Positions 1 through 11,585 of a stretch of DNA of 64,000 nt are shown here, in pieces. This stretch comes from Phoronis australis (Eukaryota > Animalia > Phoronida). The stretch lies in contig NMRA01000226.1 of NCBI GenBank assembly GCA_002633005.1, forward strand, positions 351,142-415,141. The letters run 5' to 3'. The position numbers and the translations under genes are program-made. The notes under the pieces are model-generated. The model searched no databases. It saw nothing but the letters and a program-made list of their open reading frames with translations, and was not told the DNA's origin. How positions within the stretch are numbered: the first letter of the stretch is position 1; each line of letters starts with the position of its first letter.

Positions 1-29
1 CCCCCCTCAGAGGACCTGAATAAGTAATT

Positions 30-869
30 TAACAAAATGACTTTAAAAATAGCTGTTCCTTTTCAAAGGCTTTGTTCGTTGTCTCCAATATTGAAAGTAG
101 GCTTTGACAACAGATCTGCACTGGATGGGAAGATCTTGTTGGTTATCTGCAGTCAAATGCTAAAAACCAATTTTTGTCCGTTCAGGGACGATGCAGAAGC
201 GATGCATATCTCCTCTGCACGGTACAAGCCTTCAAACCTAAAAACCAAAGGTTACGCGAAAACTGACGTGATAGATTTCCATTTCAACGTGTAATAGATT
301 TCCAGAAGACATATGATAGGGAGTAAACAAATACTAGTCTAATGCAATGGATATTTATCACTCACGTACCCTTTGCCATTGGGATTGGATTGTAATCTTA
401 ACTCATTAAGCTGTATCGAGTTGACAGCATAAATACTCAGCATTGATTGATGTAACTGTCACTGATAAACTTTTAGAAATCATTCCAAACAATAATAATG
501 CTTTGATGTACGAAAAAACCCCGATTGCTACGTCAAGTATCGTATCACATATCACAACATACAAAGATTAACCAGACTCTGGCTGGCGACTGACTGCCGC
601 GAAGTCGACATCGGCGAGCGCCTCAGTTAACAGGCATTGGTAGAATAATCATGGAATAATCGTTAAAATAATCACAAACCTTACCTTTGTATGAGGTCGT
701 GCTTACTTCCTCTCATAGAAACACCCTTTTTACGCAATCTCAGATTTAGTTGGCACGGCTGCAAGCCATTTCACCATGTATTTAAAGGGCTCGCGAAATC
801 GAGGCTGCTAATCTATCACCACTAGTACACGCACGCCCTCTAGTTATGGTAGATTTTCCGAATAGCCCC
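30..869 (-). pseudogene. Decayed SAP-domain gene at a probable DNA transposon end (ISL2EU/Harbinger-related)
   Basis: Minus-strand 686-755 reads QLNLRLRKKGVSMRGSKHDLIQR (SAP-like) followed by donor gtaagg. An acceptor ttttag lies at ~238. A terminus-like gggctattcgg lies at ~858-868. Stops and frameshifts are present. Confidence 0.4.
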
Positions 870-1712
870 ATTTTATAAGTATGCGTGTGTATTTTGAATA
901 TTTGTGTAAACGGTGTTACTGTTTACATTGTTTCTATGACAATAATTGAGTTGTGCAATGTTTACCTGGTTGTAAGAGTACTGGTTTTTATAGGTTTATG
1001 AAAATGGCAAACTTTTGAAATTATTATAATATGTCTAGATGATTTTATGTTGCGCCCATCAGCAAGACAGCGGTAATACCCAAGGCCGGCTTCCAGAATC
1101 GTCGAAGTTCAAGCTTATGATCCTCCGTTTGTCAATGTTTGGGGCCATTAAACCGCAAAATATTCCCGAAAATATAAAAGAAATTTGTTCGGTGATAATA
1201 GTTCTAAGCTTTCTTCGTTTGTACTAAACAAAAATTCCCCCCTAATTCATAGAAAGTAATAACACCGCAGCAAACGAATAAAAACAGCTACCCTAACATG
1301 CGCTGCGCATCTTCAGTCGCTCCAGATCAAACTTGGCATTCTATTTCTAGAATTCCATGGTTGGATCACACCTGCGACAACGCCACCTATATGGAAAAGT
1401 GACCTTGAAAAGTGATGATGACACTCGGAATTCTTTGCGTGTTCATCAGTGTGCGTATTTTGGTTTGAACGTTTGTTGGAAACGTATGGTACAGAGAAGT
1501 ATAGTGAATTGTTTTGTTGTCTTGTTTGACGCCTTGTAATCTTGCGTGCGCGAAACAAACTTGTGTGGAATGAATCGAATACACAGTTTTTGAGGATGTA
1601 GTAACTGTACATTGTAAGCCACAAAGGCATGTTTCAATAGGTGGAGCTGTATACTGATGCATTTCTCAACCAATCGAGATATTTGAATCTTACCAATAGG
1701 AATGTCCGAATG

Positions 1713-2310
1713 CTCGCTGGTTCCCTGCGTGCCGCTAGGTGGCCAGTAGCCAGCACGCAGGTATCACTTAATTTTCCTCGGAATTTTTTTTTTACAGCGG
1801 CTTTTCTGATTGGCTGGTCGAATCCTGAACAGGCAGCGCTTTACACAAACAAACTGGCATGACTGATGGACTGAAGTGTAAAGTGGTCTGTTGTACAGAC
1901 AAATCGGTGCTTAAAATTTATGCTCAAGAAATGTGAATCCTAGAAATTGTGATTACGTCTTTCGAAGTGCACCTTTCTACTGTCGATGACTTTTGTTAAC
2001 GATATTGTCCTGTATTCATACAGTATAAACACACCGCTTAAATCGGCCAGATATGTGTTTATTGTACATGTACATGTACACATGAGTGTATGTGCTTCAA
2101 GCACGTGGCTATTAAACATCACTGCAGAAACGAAATAGTTGTTGCGAGGCCACTTGCATGACAAGGCTAAAAATCGTTCACAGTCCGCCATTTTTACGGT
2201 GTTGTAAATAGAAGCTAACCAATGACTGCTGAGGTTACATCAACCAATGCTAAAGTGCGTGTCACTGTGTAATACCTGCGTGCTGGCTAGGCACGTAGGG
2301 AACCAGCAAG
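1713..2310. mobile_element. ~600-bp TIR MITE, family M (MULE-like)
   Basis: TIR ctcgctggttccctgcgtg...cacgtagggaaccagcaag. Flanks tgtccgaatg / tgtcagaatg (10 bp, 1 mismatch). Homologous to 60798-61395. Confidence 0.8.
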
Positions 2311-2384
2311 TGTCAGAATGTTGCATCATTCTGCTAACCAATGAAAAGCCATGTTACATGATCAATCCACACTTTTGTGATACT

Positions 2385-3890
2385 GTAAAGTTTAGACTGT
2401 AGCCGCGGGTAATTTGTTGTGCCAAACATGTTTTCAGGTAAGCATTAGCAATAGGTTAAGTGAATCCGGTTTGCTTGTATTTGTGAACATGATGGGAATG
2501 AGAAAAGCATCGTTGCATTTCTGCGAAGCGACTGAAAAATCTGCTGCGATTTCAGGTAACCCTCAAGCAAAGCAGAATTATTGCAAAACTCTAGTTGAAT
2601 AGCATGCGCGCACCCAGCCTTTTTTCGGAGTTCTGGTTTCTTTTTGCCCACTTCGCCAAATGGGGGGGGGGCTTGTTGGNCCCCCCCCCCCCCCAGCAGC
2701 ACTTTTGGGCCACATTCATTTTTGGAATTTGTCGGAAATTTGCGTTTACTATCTACTGGTGATCGCTTAAGTACACCGTTGGCAAGGAAAGGGAGGCTTG
2801 GGGCTGAAAACTATCAATTTTGCGTTTTGCCACTATTTTCCGGAGCTTCACTTTTTATTTCAGTGGAAATGAAAGGGCCAAAAATACGAGACAGAATAAA
2901 GTTTCTGTGGTCATGTCTAGCGGTTTAGATGTGAAGTAACACGCGGCTTTCGTTTTGTTCGACGTTTTCAACAGAGTGGAATAGAGGTAACTGAGGATTA
3001 TGGTCAAGCTGTGGGGTCAGGAAACTAACTTGAATTGAACTTTTATTGCTTGTTTCATATTTAAGTTTATCAATTTTCTTGAATGTGACCTATCAAATGT
3101 CAGTATAGTGCAAACAGAGCAGGAAACTACATCGGGTGTCTTAATCTGTAAAATGAGTCTGGCCTGAAAACCCCAGCCTTCAGTCTGGGCACATCCGATC
3201 ACCTCATAAAAACAAAATTGGCCACCGGTTCAAATTTTTATTTGACACAGTTGGTGAGCAGATGGGGAGAAACTATTCTGAACAAAATTTGGAAAATGTG
3301 GTCTTAAGGTGGCACTGAACAGTTAGGCTGCGGCCGCGGCCAATTTGCACTCCCAAAATATTAAAATTTCGGGGTAGGTTAAGTTTGGGGGGATTTTGTC
3401 AGTAGGCACTGCATGTAGGCTCAGTGAATGTGGCTTGTTTGTATTTGTGAACATGCTGAGAATGAAAAAAGGACACTTTCTCGGCTGTAGCTACTCTCTT
3501 CTTCAAGATGGCGGTCCCATGTTTCAGTTGTGCATTGCTGTGTAGCAACTGAGAAATTGGCCGCGATTTCAGGTAGCCCTCAAATAAGCCAGATTTGCAA
3601 AAAAAAAAACTAGTTCATTGACAGTACTTTTGGACCACATTTTTGGAATCGGTAGGAAATTTTCTTTCGGAATCTAATGTTGGCTTTAGCCGACCATCGG
3701 CAGGGAAGTGGTGGTTTTGGGGTGAAAAGTGCCGATTTTGCATCTTTTGCCCCTATTTTTCTTAGTCTGACTTGGTTTCCACTGGGAATGAAGGGGTCAA
3801 AAATGCAAGAGAAAATAAAGTTCCTGTGCTCATATGTAGGGCTTGTGATGTGAAATGACTCAAAACTTTTCTTTATTTGCATGCAGTTTT
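2385..3890. repeat. Two adjacent diverged copies of one interspersed repeat (~2385-2960 and ~3303-3890); inverted fragment at ~35205-35330
   Basis: Shared blocks ttgtatttgtgaacatg, gcgatttcaggta, acttttgg.ccacat and aataaagtt.ctgtg.tcat. Confidence 0.7.
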
Positions 3891-4616
3891 TGACATAGTG
3901 AAGAAAGGGTGAAGAGTCCATTCACGTGTGCTCTGACAAGCAAACCCTGTGAGAACTGTTCAGTGCCTTCTAGACACACATTCGAGAATGAAGAAATGGC
4001 CAATCATTGCAGAGATGACAATGCATTTTACACGCGTCAACGACACCTAACGGTAGACATTATAAGCTAGTATTGTGGGAAATGGTATCATTTGTAGGGA
4101 TAAAACGTCATGTCATATTCAAAGCACCCCAGGCAGCGTAACAGTGACCAAGTTGGTGTCCTTCTTGGGTAAACATCTTTAAACCACAATGCTTTCATTG
4201 CTGACAACTTGAACAATTTTTTAAATCACACTTGAAAACACGTTAAAAAGGCGCCAAAACAATTTTCTGTTTTTGGTAAATGTCAGCCTATTGCTCTGTA
4301 TGATAGTGGCCGACCTGAACCGTCCGGTTGAACAGTGTTTACGTGTTACTTCAAATACAAACTGTAGTTATTTCTCATCTTATTTAAAAGAAAAATTGTA
4401 TGATTACTTGAAATTCAAATTAGCTTACAATTGCTGATATATCAGCGGTCCCTGGGGTTGAGGTTGTTTTGGCGGCCAGCGCTTAACTTCATTTGGCAAG
4501 TTCCCAAATGCGCCCAAGGCTGAATGACAGACGTTTACATGTGATTTCTCTATACGACGGTCAGCTATCGATAGCCAGTTAATGAAAATGAACATGCAGA
4601 ACTTGAAACCAATTCA

Positions 4617-5039
4617 TCACACGCTGAACGTCACTTGTCCATTATTCCCTCGAGGTGGCACCCACAGCTCCACTGACGACGGCGTTTTGCACGACGATGA
4701 ACCCGTGTCTGGAGCTGCTACATTTATGTAGCTACCGTTCATCAGTCGACATGCCAAGGACTTACGTCTCCCAAGTTCGGTCATAAACTCTTCAATTTCG
4801 TGTTCCTCTTCGATGTCGGCCCGCTCTTTTTTCAAATATTTTATCATCATCACCAGAACGCCTAGTGAGTAAACTCCTAGTACAACCAGAATGTAATAGA
4901 GGGCGTTCCTGTCCGTTTCGCCTGACTTCGGGGACTGAGGTTTTGTGGTTGCGCCGTTGTGGCACAAGAGAGCGGACCATAAGATCGAAGTCGTGTTCAG
5001 AGTAATTGTTTCGATGGCGGGTCCGGTGTTAGAGTTCAT
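4617..5039 (-). CDS. Small single-pass membrane protein with KCNE-like TM segment (copy A)
   Basis: 140-aa ORF with an N-terminal NTT sequon, TM LYYILVVLGVYSLGVLVMMI and basic juxtamembrane KYLKKER. A splice acceptor ttttttcag lies 31 nt upstream of the ATG. Against copy B I count 5 synonymous differences and 1 nonsynonymous. Confidence 0.8.
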   Translation of the reverse strand: MNSNTGPAIETITLNTTSILWSALLCHNGATTKPQSPKSGETDRNALYYILVVLGVYSLGVLVMMIKYLKKERADIEEEHEIEEFMTELGRRKSLACRLMNGSYINVAAPDTGSSSCKTPSSVELWVPPRGNNGQVTFSV

Positions 5040-5576
5040 TGCAGAGAACAGCCTTCTTGCGGTGAGAATCTGAAAAAAATGTCATCACTCAACTAAATAC
5101 TACAGTACAGCGTCCGTTGCAACAGCTATTTCATTGACGGCCTCGGACCTATGAATACACTGTACCTAGATTTTCTCAAAGTACACTTCCAGGACGTATT
5201 TCGCGCAAACTGATTTTAGGCTGCTCTTTCCTGTGTTTATTAGTAAAGAACTTCACGAAATGAATTTGACGCAAACCCGAGTTACTGTTCAACGCCAAGA
5301 TCCAAATGAATTTTACGGGAATATTGTATAGCTATAGGTTTTCTGTCAACTTCAGACGACGTTAAACTAATCTTTAGTTCACTTCACGCGGCGGATCAGA
5401 ACCTCAATATGGCGCCTTCCGGTCGGCGGCTCCACTATGCCACCCTCGCAGGGAAGTGAAACAACAAAAAAGAAGTCATGTCATCCGAAAATAAAAGCGA
5501 GTGATTGCAAAAGCATCAAATCAAAGTAATAGGAATCGTTCTTTAGAGCACAAACCATACTTGGCTTGACACAATT

Positions 5577-6970
5577 TTTATGCGCCCACATATTTATATG
5601 TGGACGCATTATGCCGTCATCTCCGTCCGTCCGTCCGTCCGGGCGGCGTCCGGCGTCCCGCGCTGCTCTATCTCCAAAACCCTTTGACATACGTTCATGA
5701 AATTTGGCACATATGTTCCATTCATGAATGGGACGGCATGTGCGAACTTTCGGATGGATCCGACTACCGGTGTGCCCCCTAGTAGCAATTTTAGTTTTTT
5801 ACGCTTACCTTTGTATCTTCAAAAGTCCTGAACGGATTTTCATGAAATTTGGTAGGCACCTATTAGTGAGATGACGCTATCCTCCCGTTTTCAGATGGAT
5901 TCGACATAGTTTGCGCCACCTAGTGGCCATTTTTAGTGTTTTCGAGTCTGTTTTTGTGCGTCCACCCCTCTATCAACCAAACCGCTCAAAGGATGATTGT
6001 GAAAATTGGCATGTATATGCTTACTATGTAGAGGATGGTTGACGATGATTTTCCGACGATTTCGACTACTGTGGCGCCTCCTAGTGGCAGTTTTGTTTTT
6101 TTGCGCCTATGGCTGTATCTCCTAAACCGTTCGCAGGATCTTTACAAATTGTGTAAGTATATTTATATGATGTTAACAACGGAAGATGACGACTTTTGGT
6201 CGGATCCGACTACCGGTGTGCCCCCTAGTGGCAATTTTAGTTTTTTACGCTTACCTTTGTATCTTCAAAAGTATTGAACGGATTTTCATGAAATTTGGTA
6301 TGTAGGCACCTATTAGTGAGATGACGCTATCCTACTGTTTTCAGATGGATTCGACGTAGTTTGCGCCACCTAGTGGCCATTTTTACTGTTTTCGAGTCTG
6401 TATTTTTGCGTCCACCCCTCTATCAACCAAACCGCTCAAAGGATGATTGTGAAAATTGGCGTGTATGTGCTTACTATAAGGAAGACAGCTGACAATGATT
6501 TTCAGACGATTTGGACTACTGTGGCGCCTCCTAGTGGCATTTTTTTTTTTTTGCGCCCATGGCTGTATCTCCCAAACCGTTTGCAGGATCTTTACTAAAT
6601 TTAGCAAGTGTATTTATGTGATGTTGACAACGGACGATGACGACTTTAGGATGATTCTGACTACCGGTATGCCTCTAGTGGCAATTTAAGTATTTTACAT
6701 TGACCCCTGTATTTTCATAGGTCTTCAGATGTATACTTTGTGTTACTTCGTGACTATGAAGGAAAAGTTCCAAGTAGAAATTTGTTTCTGGCATTCTAAT
6801 GCTGTGCTAATCTCGTATGTTGGTAAATTTGTTTTTAATTCTATGTTTCTGTGGTGCTTTAAGCAACTGATGTGTAGGATGTGCTTGTATTATGAAGATC
6901 ACTCACATTTTGCCCCTAGCCTATTGAGGAGACAATGACCATGCCTTTCCATTTTGCAAAGTACAATATA
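5577..6970 (+). mobile_element. Helentron-associated non-autonomous element (HINE / DINE-1-like) with an internal tandem array
   Basis: Starts in a T-run (ttttta|tgc). It has a 5' palindrome tgcgcccacata..tatgtggacgca, a (TCCG)n microsatellite at ~5622-5641, then ~150-bp core repeats. It is absent from copy B. The 3' end was not identified. Confidence 0.72.
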
Positions 6971-8989
6971 CTACATGCGATCACCATGAGCAAACAGCGC
7001 ATGCCCATAGGTTAGGCCTACATGTACGTCACGGGACTGATATGTTTTGCTAGTTTTGGATTGGAAAACTCTCAGCTTGTGACAGCTCCAACGCTCTGTT
7101 CCACAGGATCTACAAATTTAAACCTGAAAATATGAACAATGAACTGGGCCAAAGACTGCAAAACCTTGCACAAAGCCAAACTGATTGCAAAGTAAAAGTT
7201 TAATCTTTGTACCATTGATGCAAGTGCAGCAAGGTACTTAAAAACGAAGAAAAATAGAACAGTTTTCATCGCGACCCCCAACGGCATCATTTGCGACTAC
7301 TACAAACTTAGAGACAATGCATTCAGACTGACAAAACCCTCCAGGTTGTAAAAGTCAAGTGAAAATTTTCGATTCACTCTGAAGATTGTTTACAAATCCA
7401 ATGTACAGTACCTGAATGGTCGACTGTATGCAAGTTAACTAACTGCGACTGAGCTAAAAGTGGACCAAGAGGTCAATAGCTAGCGTCTTTCACTCAGAAA
7501 AGTCTCAAAAAGTCAAGCAAATGCCATTCACAGGCTTCGCATGCAATGCAAAACTCAAAATGCCCAAGCCAACGCAGCAGGCCCAATTTTAATGAAGTTG
7601 GGGAAGTAAATTCAACCGTGACTTAAAAAAACTTCTGCTGTCTGATTTCGAGGTGGATGATAAGAATGCATAGGCCTACCAGGCAGACGTACACTGAGGC
7701 GCCTAACGAGCTTTCACATGTGGCTTTTTTCAGACGGCGGATCAGATGTCTGATCTGCATTTTGATCGGACGGCACGTGCGCTGCAAAGCAACATGCAAA
7801 CACAACTTCTAAACAATACACATTTCAATAAAACTCGTTTTAGCGGGATTCGAAATGTGGCAAATTGTATTAAAATTGTTTAGATAGTAGTTATCTGTAC
7901 TGCTGGTAAATTTCTCACTGCTGCAAATCGATGCAGAGGTGAATAAGTGAAAACTTCCACTCGTCTGCTTTGCTTTTCCTCACTAACCGCTATCAAATAA
8001 ATCAAGAGTCCTGAACACGGACAACGACGCGCGAGTTTTTCGCTGCATTCCGAGTGGGCCTCTCTCTGCCAGCACATGAATGAGTAGCTACCCAGAGAAC
8101 CAATCCGTTAAGGGAGTCATCTCGATTAAAGGGACACACTATAGAGGTTTGCTCGCGCACTATGATCATTTTGCATAGATGTGAACCTAACAAAGGCTGT
8201 TTTGTTGTATTAATAGTCAATAGACAACCTGAACCTGGGCAGTACGCACCTCTTTAATCGTAAGGGCACTTTTCACAAACAATTGACTGAAAACTTAGAC
8301 CAAACTTTGTCGTTAGTTAAGACCGAAAATCGGGCTAACCTAAGACCACCAATAATTCATGTACACTACATGTATGTCTGTGTTGGTCGTCGGTCTTGTT
8401 TAGACGGGGTTTTGGCATAAATGTACATGTAGGGGAGCATACTACGCTTTCGCCGCATGTTGCGAATTCACAAAATTAGGCGAGGCAGTGTGTGAAATAC
8501 GATTTCAAGAATAATCTTGGTCTTGAAACTCTAATGGAGATTTTTGCAACATTTTGATGCAATTGGGATCGCATTTGCGTGGCCTGGTGTAGATGGATGT
8601 CATCGTTTTCCAATATACAGGTAAGTCACAATGCATTGCCACTTCGAGTCTACGCCGCTTTGCCGGTATTCGAGTCGAAAGCAGACGATCTTCAATATTT
8701 GACTTTGTTTAGGTACATGAGATTGTGAAATATATCAACGAAATTTATTCTTCAACAGTTTATAATGATGATAGTCGCAAAAACCAAAAGTCCAATCTTA
8801 AGTCTACTCCGTACCAGGCTAACTTTTGGTCTTGGTTTAGACCGATCTCGGTCTTAATTGTGGCCTCCGAAAATTCATGAAACGGGGCTAAGATATTTTG
8901 GTCTTCATTAACCGGTAGTCCGTTTTCTGTGTGAGTTAAGACAGCAAAGGTTTCATGAAACAGATCCCAGGAGCAAAATTGACTATTAA

Positions 8990-10617
8990 AGGAGAATACC
9001 ACCCGATTTAATTAGTCTTTTTTGCCGTCTTAATCGGGCTACATCCACATCGCCTCGCATACGGTCGACCTTACCTTGCCAAGAGGTGTCGCGTTAACCT
9101 GTGAGGAAGTTGAGTAACGACGCTAGCGACGTCAGTGGTTCATATGCAGAGTGAATGCCGCTATGTTGCGGTGCATCGTTCCCGCTTGTCCGAACTAATG
9201 CGAGGAAAGCGGGTATATCATTTTTTTTTTTTTACTTCCTCGAGAGTCCAAAATGCTTAGAAAGTGGCTCACGGTAGTGAAGAATGAAATGTACGCTGTA
9301 AATTGCAAGTATGAGGCCTTGAAACATCTCCGTGTCTGTGGCCTGGAGACGTCGACAGTACCTAACGAATGCCGGCTTACCAAATAACTCCATGCGTTCC
9401 GTTGTCTGAGCTTGTTCACGGCGCCTTTCTAGTATTTCTTCATCACTATATTCCTGTTCGAATTGATAGCCTGTAAAACTTAACGATCCACTTGCGAAGT
9501 CGGGACTGATGAGCTCTAGCTCGTCCTAAGTCGGGATTGCGAGTTGCCATGTAGGCGTTTATTACTGAGCGTTCTGTTTCAAAATGAATTATCTTCACCC
9601 TAACCAATACTTATATAAAACTGAAACAAAGTCTGTCTCATTAGATGCAATTTGTAATGCCTTTGAAGTGTTCGTGAGTGCAAATGATTTGAGAAGTCAA
9701 CAATGAATAATTCACTGCGTTACCGGCTTTAGGTGCAATAAAACTAATTGACGGGACACCTAGGCCGTGTGAGCTCATGCTAAGTAATTTACTGTTTGCT
9801 GGCAGAAACTGTTGTGAAACAACTCGATTTCCATCCCACGGCCAGGTGTTAGCGGAATCTTTATTTACATTTACATTACTCAAATAATGATTGTCTATGT
9901 ACAACTTCTGCCCTGACGGTGCTGTGGCCAACTGAAAGCGGAACCTCATTCGCAGCCCCCGACGAGTAAGTAGATTTGCAGTTTCGTGGCTAATTCGCCA
10001 ACATAATCAGGTGCACATTACTAGTATAGTATTTTCTTGACTGGAAGTTTAGTTTCCACTGAACTTTGGTTGGTTTATGTTCGTGATGTNGCGGGGATGA
10101 GTCAATCCGGCCGGCCGCGACGGGCCTGATCGTGCTACGAGCCATTGGCCAGGCTAACAAGCGTTTTGTGTTTAGAACTCAAAAAATCACAAGTCTAAAC
10201 AACACAGATCTGTATCTCACGGAAAATACTTCGAAATTATCTCCGAACAGACCCCAAACTCCTGCTACGGACCTTATTGGCCTGCCGAACTTTGTAGGCT
10301 ACGCTGTGTCCAAATACCAATATATCCGTAAGAGCAAAATAAAACAACACGTTTTTATGAGAACTCGGTGTATTTTTAAGGGTTTTGCGTCGAAGTTTGA
10401 TGATTTATTGGTGTTAAACGATGACGTCAAGCAATAAGCTGACACCAGTAACCCGTGTTGTGAACTGCTGAACAGACTGCGTGTGAAACCGATGACGTCA
10501 TTGGATAATTTCAACACCTCCGTCTGCCGTCAGGTATCAGGTAACGCAACCGTACGTGTCGTTATGGAGTAGAACTACTCGATCTAAATTAGGTTGTTTT
10601 TTGGGTGGCATGCTCCT
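8990..10617. mobile_element. Kolobok-type non-autonomous DNA transposon (TTAA TSD, AG...CT termini)
   Basis: TTAA at 8986-8989 and 10618-10621. Imperfect TIRs aggagaataccaccc / gggtggcatgctcct. The empty site gacta-TTAA-gaagt is in copy B at ~14890. There is an internal N at 10090. Confidence 0.8.
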
Positions 10618-11162
10618 TTAAGAAGTAAGAGTTGCTAATTGAAGTAAATCCTTTCGTAGGGAATATGGCTTTAAAAAAGAAAACACCCGTCTGAGCGCCA
10701 CAACACAACTGTGGAAATGAAAAAAACGATTTTGGCTAAAACAATTGCCCAAAAAATGCGTTGGCTTCTTATGCCTCACACTGATTGAACCATCACGTTG
10801 CTATAAGTACCTTTGCGCACAAAGAGACGAGTGTAGGAAGTCGTTGATGTCTTTAAAAAATGTTCACGTCATCAAGCTTCTTTTTCAAACAGTCAGATGC
10901 CCAAATCGGCAACTAGTCACTTTTACATGTACAGTGGCGGATCTAGGATATCACAAGGGGGGNAGTATGTTTCAATGGTTTTTATGCAGATTCACGATGT
11001 TTTTAAAACGTCTACAAACGGATCATATGACTTTAAGTCAAGTTCATTACCAAATGCGCCCAATGCTGAATGACAGACGTCTACATGTAATTTCTCTATA
11101 CGACGGTCAGCTATCGATAGCCAGTTAATGAAACTGAACATGCAGAACTTGAAACCAATTCA

Positions 11163-11585
11163 TCACACGCTGAACGTCACTTGTCCATTGTTCCCTCGAG
11201 GTGGCACCCACAGCTCCACTGACGACGGCGTTTTGCACGACGATGAACCCGTGTCTGGAGCTGCTACATTTATGTAGCTACCGTTCATCAGTCGACATGC
11301 CAAGGACTTACGTCTCCCAAGTTCGGTCATAAACTCTTCGATTTCGTGTTCCTCTTCGATGTCAGCCCGCTCTTTTTTCAAATATTTTATCATCATCACC
11401 AGAACGCCCAGTGAGTAAACTCCTAGTACAACCAGAATGTAATAGAGGGCGTTCCTGTCCGTTTCGCCTGACTTCGGTGACTGAGGTTTTGTGGTTTCGC
11501 CGTTGTGGCACAAGAGAGCGGACCATAAGATCGAAGTCGTGTTCAGAGTAATTGTTTCGATGGCGGGTCCGGTGTTAGAGTTCAT
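11163..11585 (-). CDS. Small single-pass membrane protein with KCNE-like TM segment (copy B, probably the other allele)
   Basis: Identical to copy A except NGATT versus NGETT; same upstream acceptor. Confidence 0.8.
   Translation of the reverse strand: MNSNTGPAIETITLNTTSILWSALLCHNGETTKPQSPKSGETDRNALYYILVVLGVYSLGVLVMMIKYLKKERADIEEEHEIEEFMTELGRRKSLACRLMNGSYINVAAPDTGSSSCKTPSSVELWVPPRGNNGQVTFSV

Noticed and set aside
5481-6689. Several 60-80-aa ORFs
   Set aside because: They lie within HINE tandem repeats and have no coding features.
8990-10617. piggyBac assignment based on the TTAA TSD
   Set aside because: The termini are AG...CT rather than CC...GG, which fits Kolobok.
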